A stretch of 64,000 bases of DNA, from NCBI RefSeq assembly GCF_009914755.1, contig NC_060932.1; one strand, written 5' to 3'. A program made the translations under genes and the position numbers. This DNA comes from the human T2T-CHM13v2.0 reference genome, Homo sapiens. Below the pieces are notes generated by a model. That model was not told the DNA's origin and made no database searches. It worked only from the letters and a program-made list of their open reading frames with translations. Below are positions 51,606 to 64,000 of this stretch, piece after piece (positions within the stretch are counted from its first letter, which is position 1; each line of letters begins with the position of its first letter).

Positions 51606-53298
51606 TAATTAAACTGTTTAGAAATTCTGTGAGTAAGCAAGACTTGTGTATTGGTAGTCTCCACTCTAGTGAAATGGGTCAGCAGCATGCCAGCTAGATT
51701 TGGGGAACTCCCAGTTATCAGTAGGTGAAAGTATTTTCTCTGGAGTTTCTCCAAAGAGAAGTTTTCTAGTTTCTTACCTAAGGTTTGCATGCTTGGACTT
51801 TTATGTTTTCAGAGATGATAAGAGGGACACATCCTACAGGTCCTACGTTTCATTAGGGTGGTTTTGACTTACTCTTCTGCTTCAGCTCAACACCTTCCCT
51901 GCCCCCCTCTCCATCTGATATCCTTGAATGATTCCAAAGAATACATTTTCAGTATTATTCATAGACTAGAATCCCCTGCTCACACAGCATCAGGGAGGAC
52001 ATCCTGGGATCCAATTGTTCCTTTTGCAAAATTTCAGTTCAATAAGTTCCCTGTATTCAGTCCCACATTTCATGCTCACCTTCAGGGTTTGTTGGTGACT
52101 CTAAATTCTTAAGTACTACAGAAGGAAGTTTGCAGGACAGAATGAATTTTCCTGTCATCAATATCATTCTTGGTCCCTCATTAGCATCCCTCTTAATAAG
52201 TAATTTATGTTAAAACTTCCTCTATTCTACTATGTCAGGTGCAACTCCTGGTTCTGTTTTCAATCTTCCAAAAATTGGTTCAAATCTCTTATCTTTATCC
52301 TTTAATATTTCTTTCTTCTTTTTTGGGCCCCAAGAGGTAAAGGGAGAAGAAAAAAAAAACACATGAAATCAACACATCAATTTAACTAGAAGGCCAGCTA
52401 AGACTGATTTAAAATAAAAGCTGCTTCATGAGAGAGACTGTTTAACTTGTTTACCATCACACCTAACACAGTGTCGTGTGCAGAAGTAATTCTGAATAAT
52501 GCTTATGACAGTCACAAATTTTTTTAATTTATGATGTGTGGCAGGAGGTCAAAGGCACAAGAGCAGAGGAAAACTCTTCTGCTTTACAAAGAAAACAGGA
52601 AAATGTCCAGAGCTCAGAAATTGATCGGTGATGTATGTGCCATTATTCTTTTCAAAGCTACATTTGAAATATTTTTGGCTTTAACTTTCCTTCCCTTATA
52701 CCAATCATTTTAGTTGTTAAGTTTGTTTAGAAAGTAATTTTTAAAAGATTACACTGATAACCCCAAGCCAGTTTGAGGCAGGCTAAGTCTGCGGATGTGG
52801 AACACTTAAAATGTCCATTAGTACTCCTCTTTTGTCACTTACCACCCAAGGGGTCACGCCTTTGGTCTGAAAGTTGTTTATAAACTGGTAGCTTTATTTT
52901 TAAAAACAGAATGGAAGGGCTGAGGTGGAGCTAGGCAGAAGACTGTATGATTAAAGTTTTGAGATCCGTACACTTTATGAACCCGCCCTGGGTTTCTGAG
53001 TATTTTATAACTCAAACATTAACCACTAATCTGTTGGAACCTGATGCAAAAAGTCTCAATCTCTTTCTAAAACCATAAGGTACTGTTGGGAAGCCAATTC
53101 TTTCTACATAATCCCTCAACAAAAGGAGATAATAATAACTTCTATTTAGATGACATAATTTCATGAAGCTTATGATTATCTATTTCACAATTATTTTGGC
53201 ATTATAGAAACCTACTGTGATGTTTTCCACGTTTTGGAAATGTGGTTAAAGAGGCTAAATTGGCCTAATTCAACCAGGCTTCAAAAAATCACACCATC

Positions 53299-53854
53299 TT
53301 TTTTTTTTTTTCCTGCCTGTCACCCAGGCTGGAGTGCATGGGCGCGATCTTGGCTCACTTCTGCTTGGCAACTCCTGCTTCCTGAGTTCAAGCAATTCTC
53401 CCACCTCAGCCTCCCAAATAGCTGGGACCACAAGTGCATACCACCACACCCGGATAATTTTTGTATTTTTAGCTGAGACGGGGTTTCACCCTGGCTCACT
53501 TCTGATCTTGGCAACTTCTGCTTCCTGGATTCAAGCAATTCTCCCACCTCAGCCTCCCGAGTAGCTGGGACCAGAGGTGCGTGCCACCACACCCGGATAA
53601 TTTTTGTATTTTTAGTAGAGACGGGGTTTCACCCTGGCTCACTTCTGATCTTGGCAACTTCTGCTTCCTGGATTCAAGCGATTCTCCCACCTCAGCCTCC
53701 CGAGTAGCTGGGACCAGAGGTGCGTGCCACCACACTGGGTTAATTTTTGTATTTTTAGTAGAGATGGGGTTTCACCATGTTGGCCAGGCTGGTCTCCCGA
53801 CCTCAAGTGATCCCAAAGTGCTGGGATTACAGGCATGAGCCACTGCGCCCAGCC
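53299..53854 (-). mobile_element. AluS with an internal ~143-bp unit in three tandem copies
   Basis: One poly(T), one Alu 5' end, TSD 'tcacacc(a/g)tctttt' (53289-53302, 53855-53868); units start at 53351, 53492 and 53635. Confidence 0.93.
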
Positions 53855-54261
53855 TCACACCGTCTTTTAGATAATACTTCCCTCATGGCTATAGTGATTT
53901 GTTTTCCCTCTAAGATTTTCATTTGTGTCACCTCTTCACTTTTACTTAGGCATTATTATAATGTAGTAACAGGTTCTTCTAGAGGATCATTTTGCTTATG
54001 CATAATGGAGGGAGAACATTCAATCTTACCCAAGTTGTCTCTATGATTATATACATTAAAAAACAAAAAAAAGAAAAAGAAAAACCTTCCAGTTCTTCTT
54101 GCTGAGTTATGTTCAAGAGCAATGTAGAGGATATTTCAAATGACTTGCCTGGAGTTCAAACAACCTTAAACTTCCTGTTACCCTTCCCTGCCTTCCTTCT
54201 ATTGACTAAATTTTCTACTAGTAAATAGAAAACTCAATTGTAAAAACGTATTGTTGTGGCC

Positions 54262-55029
<768 letters not shown>

Positions 55030-55654
55030 TGGCCCTAGTAGGCTTGTAGCAAATAAAGATGTCATTTCTCCCCTTCCCTTGGAAGTAATTTGCTTGATTG
55101 CTGTGCGAAGGATATCTAAATATTTTACGTGAATTTTTAGAACATCCATGAAGTAGGGGGTTGTATTGAAAGAATGAAGGTTATACATTAGCATACATCA
55201 GAAACGTTTGTGTATGAGAAAGTGTGAGCATGCATGCATACAGAAAGTCATCAAGAGATCAAGTTCATTTGTGTGACTCACCCCACAACCGTGGGCCATG
55301 GCTCAGCCTCTCCACGACCGTTTTGGAATGTCATTGTACTTGCCCTCACTTTTGCCACACACAAAATAAATTAAATTTAATTTGAATGTTGCCTTTCCAA
55401 ATGTAGACTTCAAGGGGATTGGTAATATGACTGCAAACACTTTTTGTTGTGACAGAAAAGCTAACCCAAATCTGCTTAAACAATAAGGGGAAATTTTTAT
55501 CTTAGAAAATGTGCAGAGTAGATCAGTTTTAAAAAGTAGATTAGTAATCATAGTCCCAGCTCTGTTTTGCCATGATTTTGCTGGTTCTGCTCCCCATCAG
55601 GTAGTACCTCAATTCTCAGGTAGAGCTGCCTCATCATGACAAAAATGATTATAA

Positions 55655-55957
55655 GGCTGGGTACAGTGGCTCAGGCTTGTAATCCCAGCACATTGTAAGG
55701 TGGAGGTGGGCGTATCTCCTGAGCCCAGGAGTTCAAGATCAGCCTGGGCAACATGGTAAGACCACATCTCTACAAAAAAATACAAAAATTGGCTGGTCAT
55801 GGTGGCAGGTGTCCATAGTCCCAGCTACTTGGGAGGCTGAGGTGGGAGGATCACTTGAGCCCAGGGAGGTAGAGGCTGCAGTGAGCTGAGATCATGCCAC
55901 TAAACTCCAGCCTGGGCAACAGAGTGAGACCCTGTCTCAAAAAATCAAAAACAAAAA
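55655..55957 (+). mobile_element. AluJ
   Basis: J diagnostics; imperfect TSD 'aaaaatgattata'/'aaaaagtgactgta'. Confidence 0.93.
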
Positions 55958-55984
55958 GTGACTGTAGCACTGCAAACCCTTTTG

Positions 55985-56200
55985 TGTGTGTGTGTGGTAA
56001 GAACACTTAGTCTACCCTCTTCACAATTTTTTAGTGCACATTACACTATTGTTAACTATGGATGCTATACTGTATAGCAGTTCTCTAGAACTTCTCACCT
56101 TGCTTAAATGAAACTGTATACCAATTGAACAGCTCCCTTTTTCCCCTCCCCACAGCCTCTGGTAACCATCATTCTATTCTCTGCTTCTGTGAGTTTGAAT
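55985..56200 (-). mobile_element. L1MA9/L1MB 3' end fragment
   Basis: 'gtggtaagaacactta..ttgttaactat..ctctggtaaccatcattctattctctgcttctgtgagtttga'. Confidence 0.8.
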
Positions 56201-56205
56201 AAGTA

Positions 56206-56571
56206 CATATGCTCCTCAGTTTACTGTGGGGAAACATCCTGATAATCCCATCATAAGTTGAAACATCATAAGTCAAAAGTGCATTTAATACATGTAACCT
56301 ACTGAACACTATACCTTAGCCTAGCCTGCCATAAACATGCTGGGAACACCTGCATTGGCCTACAGTTGGGCAACACCATCTAACACAAAGCCTATTTTAT
56401 AATAAAATGTCAAATATCTCATGTAAGTTATTGGATACTGTACTGAAAGTGAAAAACAGAATGGTTATATGGGTACTCGAAGTACAGTTTCTACTGAATG
56501 CTTATTACTTTCACACCATCATAAAGTCAAGAAATCATTATGCTGAACCATCATAAGTTGGGGACCATCTG
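56206..56571 (+). mobile_element. MER47A (TcMar-Tigger MITE)
   Basis: 'catatgctcctcagtttac..cctacagttgggcaa..catcataagttggggaccatctg', flanked by TA on both sides. Confidence 0.88.
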
Positions 56572-56902
56572 TAGTTACCATTGCTATCCACAGTTTACAG
56601 ATGAGGACACTAAGGCTTAGGCAGTTAAAATGACTTGCCCAATATCTCAAAAACTAATAATATATGGAAGCACTGGGACTTAAACTCAAGTCCCCCTATC
56701 TTCAAAATTCAAGTCTTCTATTCTGTGCATACCAAAGAAGTTTGAACCCAACTCTGAACTACATATAATCAAGTTCTGGAAGTTATTTGTGAGTGGTCCT
56801 TTCTGAGCTTTATTTGCTTGTTCATTGGGATTTTGTCAGTCATTTTCCTTGTTTGTTTATTTCATTAAGTCCTGATCTTAGTTCGTGCACTGTAAGACTT
56901 AC

Positions 56903-57097
56903 CTCTTGATTTGGAAAGTGAACTCCAAGTCGTGGTTATTGGAGTTCTGATTAATTGGGATTTAACTGTACAAATCCAGAATAGCACAGCTTTTTTGCAT
57001 GCAAACAATATCAGCAGCTTGCAAATGGGGCCTTGGGCAGCCTGAGCATTTGAAGCAGAATTAGCCATTTGCTACACCTTCATGAGAACCACAGTTC
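56903..57097 (-). other. Candidate exon (195 nt; ATG at 57068 open to the donor)
   Basis: Acceptor 'tttactttccacctcctgcag|', consensus donor 'GAG|gtaagt'; unique sequence. Confidence 0.4.
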
Positions 57098-57439
57098 CTG
57101 CAGGAGGTGGAAAGTAAATACGCTCAACCTAATTCTGTTTTATTGCGTGGTTTTCATGGGTCACCTGACGTGTCTATCAAAGGAGTGGAAGGTAGTTTCC
57201 TCAAGAATCTATGAGCCACAATCACCCACAGCCACCTCTCAGTGACTGTCACTTGTGTGAATGAGCTGGGACCCAGGCTCTGGGTCATTCCACTGATATG
57301 GCTTGAGAAGCACACAAAATGCTGTCTTTCATTCTTCTGCCAGGACTCCTGGCCCACAGTCAGAATATGGCCTTCTCTGCACTGCAGCCACTGCACTTGC
57401 ATTGATGATAACAAGGGCTATCCCTCGCAGGGTTCCTTT

Positions 57440-58110
57440 CATTTGCAGGTACTGGCCTAGGTGCTTTGTATACGTTCTCTTGTCCCCATAATAATACCTT
57501 GAAAGAGAGGTATTATTGCCCCCATTTTGCAGATGAGCAAGCTGAAGCTCAGAAAATTGAAATAACTTTCACTAATTCAGTCCACGAGTACTTATGACTC
57601 TGCTAGGCATTTTGCCAGACTCTCAGGATACAGAGATAAAGCACCACCACCCTCAAGGTGCTTGAGGTCTGGTGAGAGTTCCAGACACAGAAACAGATAA
57701 ATGTATCACAGGAAATTAAATGATAGAACTACGAACAGGGTATTGTGGGAGCAGAGAGGAAGTGCAAGGAATGCGGGGAGAAGAAAGTTCAGAGGAGGCT
57801 TCCTGGAGGAGGTGACACACGAACTGAGTCTTCAAGTCTACATAGGACTCAGGTACAGAGATTGAGGGGAGGAAAAGCAATTCCTGGGAGAGAGCAAGGT
57901 AAGTAGAGCCAAAAAGACATGAAGCAACTTGATGTGGGAAGGAACCCAGGGGAGTTTAATGAAGCTGCCACCTACAGGGAGAAAAGACAAAGGTGGGAGC
58001 TATGGCTGGAGGTGCGAATATAAGTCAGATTTAGGTGGACATCATATCCTGCGGTAGGGATATTTCATCTTCTCCTGGGGTTTTAAAGCATTTTGAACAC
58101 AGTGTTGACC
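57440..58110 (-). mobile_element. MIR and L2 fragments
   Basis: 'cccattttgcagatgagcaagctgaagctcaga'; 'aggaggcttcctggaggaggtgaca..gaactgagtctt'. Confidence 0.65.
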
Positions 58111-59012
58111 AGAATACAATGTATCAAATAAAGAAACCTTCATCTTCTAGAAGTTAGATCTCATGGCAAACGTTCTCGCCCCAAGGAAAAATAGAGAAAT
58201 CTTAGGACTATATTCTTTATACTTTCTGACTCCTTCAAATTTGCAGGGAACCTAAGGGAGAACTTGATTTGGGGGTCTGTTCACAAGTCAGCATGTCCCT
58301 TTTGTGAAATAGTCTTCATGCTTGATTTTTTGTGTTTGCTGCTATCAGAAGCTTGAGTAGAGGGTTGTCCTGGCTCTTGCCAGCACTTCTCAGTTTTGCT
58401 TTTTGTTGCTACAACCTTTGCCTCTTTGTACAGCCCCCAGAGAAACCCTAACAGGCACCCAGGCAACATGAGTCCCAAGAAATATACCCAGTTTGATACC
58501 TACATTCTTCAAAGAGAAAATAGCTGGAAATAAAATGAATCAGAAAAGGCAAGGCCCCAGCAAGAAATTTTTCTGAATCACCTTAACAGAACAGTGTCAA
58601 AAAGATGTCACCGGGGAAAATAACTGCAGCATAAGAAAGTTGATGTTAAGTATCTATGGCTGCAAAACAGCTCATGATAACATAGTCTAGTTACATGGCT
58701 GTGCTTTACGAGACCAGAGCACCACTTATTGAGCATCCATATTTACAGAATGAGTTCTGAAAGGACAAGCCATATATCTTAATTTTTTCCTGGTGTCTAA
58801 TACATGTCTGTAAAGTAGAATAAAACAAATAGTAGCAAGTGAATGAATGAATGAACAAATATTGCAAAGAATGTGGATACAAAAAATTAAATAAACACAA
58901 TTGTGTAAAATCCAAAGGGATCTTAGAGATAAATTCGTGCAGCCCCCTCTTCACCAGCTTAGGAAATAGAGGTCAACAAAGGGTTTTATTATTCTTATCT
59001 ATAAAAGTCATC

Positions 59013-59383
<371 letters not shown>

Positions 59384-59588
59384 CTATAAGCAAAGTGAAT
59401 CATAACAACCTCTTCTGATTGTGGGAACCTAACAGTGGCAGGTTATAAAAGGAAAATGCAGCATGTTCCCATAAACCACAGGGTAAGTCCTGGAGACAGT
59501 GTTAACAGGCTTTAGAGTATTCTCCTCTATCTTATCAATCATGGTACCTATCCATGGGCATTCATAGACTAGTTAATAAGAAAAAATA

Positions 59589-59922
<334 letters not shown>

Positions 59923-60927
59923 TCACAGTGCCTTTAAGTCACTCAGAGAGTCACTTTCAATCAAGAGAAAACTAACAGAATGCAAGCGATGAAAGCGATG
60001 AGGGATAAGGCATCCAGGAATAAAAGATAGAGAGACTGTCACTCATGGACAGGCAGGACGCTTTTGCCTGCCTATCAATTGAAGGCTCACTTTGGCTTGT
60101 TTTCTCAGTAAAGGTGGTAGGCTACACCAAACAATCATCACTCTCTCATCTCTGTCTTGTGAACACCAGCTCACAAATTTAAAAGAGGCTCCTTGGCCAG
60201 TGGTAGAGGTACAGCCCAAAGCCAAGGAAACACTTTTCTTTCTTTGACTCCATTTGTCTTTTTGAGAGATCAAACATAGCCATGGCAAAAATATCACACC
60301 CCACCCAACTCACTTCCCAGACTAGGTGAGAAGATAACAATAAAGGTCACACCAACGACCATGAACTTTGACTTGCTTTCTCCTTGCCCAAGCCTGTGCC
60401 GGAAAGCACTATCAGGGTTCTACAGGGTTCTAGTAACTATCAGAGGTGTCGTTCCAAAGAATCATTTCTTATCTCATTTGTTTATATGCAGAGTCATCTT
60501 CTACTTGTCAGAAATAGCTGTACTCATTCATGCACACTGTTTCGTGCTAGATTTTGTTGTTGTTGCACCCTAGGGAACACATCCACTGTGAATAAGGAAG
60601 TCTTGGTCTGAAGACTCACCAGTCTTGCTTTCTAGGAGAATGATCTGTCCTAGGGTGTGGGCAAGGGGGACTCAGCATAAGAAGCATCCTGGGGTCCCCA
60701 CTTCCCTCTGCCCATAGGATTAGGCTCTTAAAAGAGAAATGCCACAGGCCTGGGATGCTATAATTATCTCAGCCATTTAAGGATTATGCTCCTGGGAGAC
60801 TATAATTATCCAAATATTGTTGCATTTAGGGATATTTTACTTACAAGGAAGTGCCTTCATTTTTACAGGATCTTTCAAGAGGGCCCAAAGGGTGTGTCCT
60901 CTCTAATGTGGTTCCTAAATAAAGCTA

Positions 60928-61342
<415 letters not shown>

Positions 61343-61619
61343 TCACTCTCATATACTTCTCCAGTCTAAATTCCCTCTATTTCGAGAAATTATTAAAGAA
61401 ATTTCTTGCATTTAAGGTATAACTTCTTCCTGAGGTTTGTGTATCATATTATTCATATTATAATACCCCCTACCTTTATTTCTCCCTCTAATTCCAATGC
61501 AATAATACTTTCTGTAAAAATTACGTAGTCTAAAGTGGGTGGGAGGATTGCGCAGAAAAAGAAGTGCAGTACTATAGTATGAAAAAGAGATGATTGATTC
61601 AATTCAGTGAACTGCTTAG

Positions 61620-61870
61620 ATTAAAATAGCTAACATTTATGCAGTCCTTCCTCTGTGACAAGCATTATTCCAAGCATTCTGTGCATCTCATTAATCCTGA
61701 CAGCATCTTTATGAGATATATACTGTTATGATCCCCACTTCACAGATGATAAATCCAGAAACAGAGAGGTTGGGTAACTTTCTCAGAATCATACAGTTGA
61801 TAGGTGACAGGATGAAGACCAAAACCCACAGCCTGACTCTAAGCCCATGCTTAGCTACTGTGCCATGCCA
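61620..61870 (-). mobile_element. MIR
   Basis: 'aatagctaacatttatgcag..ccccacttcacagatgataaa..agagaggttgggtaactt'. Confidence 0.7.
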
Positions 61871-62529
61871 CCTTCTAATCTTGGGTGCATGTCCCATGCC
61901 ACTCATTGTAAGCCATGCAGTGGGAGGAACAGCAGAATGGAAGGACATGGCTCCTACTTTCCAGGGCTTTGTGAGCTATGAGGAAAGAGACACATGTATA
62001 AAAATCACCACAGAACAAGGAAAAATGTGACAGATAGAATAGGAGGGACATAGACAACTGCTTTAGGAGCTTAGATTAATTCTGGTGTGGCATTAGGAAT
62101 GGCTTCATAGAGGAGGTGGCATTTGACAAGCCTATAGACACAGAGAAGACATGGGTGGATGGCATTTCATGCTGAGGAGAACCTGGGAAGTTCAGGACAG
62201 GCCAGGACACAGCATGCATGGAAGGCAGCTATAAGAAGCAAGATTACAAAAGTCTACTGGGGTCTGGATGTGAAGAGAGCAAAGAGATAGCGAAGAGTTG
62301 GGTGGGACAGGATCCCCTTTGGCTGGGGTTGGGAGGATGCAAGGAAGAAGACAGGCATTGACTTTAGGGTTTGGCCAAGTTTGGATTCCTGTGATCTGGG
62401 AGAAGACCATAAAGAATCTGCTGATTCAGTCAGAAGGCCTTTTTCCTACAGCTTCTGACTGCTTTTCTTAAATTACCTCTGTTCAGGCTTTTTTCCAGTC
62501 CAGTTCAACAAACAACTCTTCAGGATCGT

Positions 62530-63011
62530 CCTTGATTATTGAGTACCAATTACTCCAAAACATAGTGACTTAAAACAACACGCACTTACTTGCTGACAAT
62601 TCTGCCATTTGGGCAGGTGTTAGTGGGGACAGCTCATCTCTGCTCCACACAGCATCAGCCGAGGTAGCTCAGCTGGGGTTGGAAGACCCACCTGCAAGAT
62701 AGCCTCACTCACGTGGCTGGCCAGATGGTGCTGTCCATCAACTGGAAACCTCATTTCTCCTCCAGCTGAACTCTACAGTTGGCTAAGTTAGGCTTCTCAC
62801 AGCACAGAGATCTAGTTGTCAGAATTCTTAGAGGGGCTGGCTTCTCTGAAAGAGTAAACCTGGAAGCTGCCAAGCCTTCTTGAGGCTTGGTCTTAAGTTC
62901 CTGAACATCATGTCTACCACATTCTATTAGACAAAGCAAGTTGGAGGGCCAGCCCAGATTCAAGGAGAGGAGTCTACCGAAGGGCAGTTACAAAAGCAGT
63001 AATCTACCACT
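62530..63011 (-). mobile_element. MLT1H-like solo LTR
   Basis: 'tagtgacttaaaacaaca..ggacagctcatctctgctccac..ccagcccagattcaagg..aatctaccac'. Confidence 0.7.
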
Positions 63012-63063
63012 ATCCCTGGTCAGTTTCAAGACTGGAGATTAAAAGTGTTAAGATATGGTCCTT

Positions 63064-63153
63064 GCTACACCCATATCATGAAAGTTTGTGTTAGAGTAAA
63101 AAAAAAAAAAAAAAAAAAAAAAAGCTACACCCATATCGTGAAAGTCTGTCTTA
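63064..63153 (+). repeat. 30-bp direct repeat flanking a pure A26 tract
   Basis: 'gctacacccatatcatgaaagtttgtgtta' (63064-63093), gagt, A26 (63098-63123), 'gctacacccatatcgtgaaagtctgtctta' (63124-63153). Confidence 0.95.
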
Positions 63154-63200
63154 AAGAGAATGAAGAGACATAATAACTGAAAGTAATGCCTATGACCCTG

Positions 63201-63560
63201 TTTTTTTTTGTTTTTGTTTTTTTTTTTGTTTTTTTTGTTTGTTTGGTTGGTTGGTTTTTTGTTTTTGAGACAGAGTCTCACTCTATCACCCAGGCTGGAG
63301 TGCCTGAAGTGCAGTGGTGCCATCTTGGTTCACCACAACCTCCGCCTCCCAAATTCAAGCAATTCTTCTGCCTCAGCCTCCTGAGTAGCTGGGATTACAG
63401 GTATGTGCCACCACACATGGCTAATTTTTGAATTTTTTTGAATAGAGAGGGGGTTTGCCTATGTTGGCCAGGATGGTCTCAAACTCCTGACCTAAAGTGA
63501 TCCACCTGCCTCGGCCTCCCAAAGTGCTCAGATTACAGGGGTGAGCCACCACACCCGGCC
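63201..63560 (-). mobile_element. AluS
   Basis: Long (GTTT)-type tail, internal duplication 'gagtgcctgaagtgc', TSD 'gaccctgttttt'. Confidence 0.93.
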
Positions 63561-63589
63561 AGGACCCTGTTTTTAAAAAAATCCAGGTA

Positions 63590-63912
63590 AGGAGACATTT
63601 AAGAGGCAGTAGGGATTTATATGAAATTAGATGAAACAGGAAATCAATGTTAATTTTCTTAGATATAAGAGTAATATTGTGACTATGCAAGAGATTGTCC
63701 ATATTTTTGAGAGATGAATTATGAAGTATTTTCAAGATGAGATATCATGATATCTGCAACTTACTTTCAAATGCTTCAGGAAAAAAATATTGATTGACAG
63801 GTAATGCAACTATTGGCCAAATGTTAACAATTATTGAGTCTAGGTAGCGATAATATGATCAATCATTATCCTGTTCTTTAAAGTTTTGTAAAATGTTTCG
63901 CAACAAAAAGTT
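63590..63912 (+). mobile_element. L1ME 3'-UTR fragment
   Basis: 'tcatgatatctgcaacttactttcaaatgcttcag..ggccaaatgttaacaattattgagtctagg'. Confidence 0.65.
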
Positions 63913-64000
63913 GGAGATTAAAAGGTAATGGCCTACTTTTGACCTCTCCATGGAAGAAGATTTTGTAAGAGAAAACAGCCAGAAATACACATAGAAATCA

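Noticed and set aside
53351-53776. CRISPR-like array or three separate Alu insertions
   Set aside because: Units are contiguous Alu sequence without spacers; only one tail and one TSD pair.

Overview
Repeat-rich primate genomic DNA, probably human because an AluYg6-type segment lies at ~25.1-25.4 kb. No intact protein-coding gene is recognisable, and most listed ORFs derive from L1, Alu, L2 or LTR sequence. Main landmarks: two full-length but dead L1PA elements in inverted, head-to-head orientation (4782-10915 minus; 42075-48214 plus) about 31 kb apart; a GAPDH processed pseudogene (40153-41390 minus) nested in an old L1; 16 Alu/Alu monomers; MaLR solo LTRs; DNA-transposon relics; L2/MIR fragments; and microsatellites. 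Most notable: (1) the two L1s have different subfamily-type 5' UTRs yet share about nine non-consensus variants, including an ORF2 frameshift and a 3-nt insertion, which points to ectopic gene conversion between inverted repeats; (2) a single TSD-flanked Alu with an internal ~143-bp unit present three times; (3) a chimeric old-Alu/AluYg6 element without TSD; (4) a tail-less L1 fragment replacing the middle of an MLT1A LTR; (5) a pure A26 tract between 30-bp direct repeats; (6) several minus-strand AG..GT exon candidates, five of them phase-compatible, that may belong to an unannotated or decayed gene or lncRNA. Subfamily names come from remembered consensus sequences and need RepeatMasker/Dfam confirmation.
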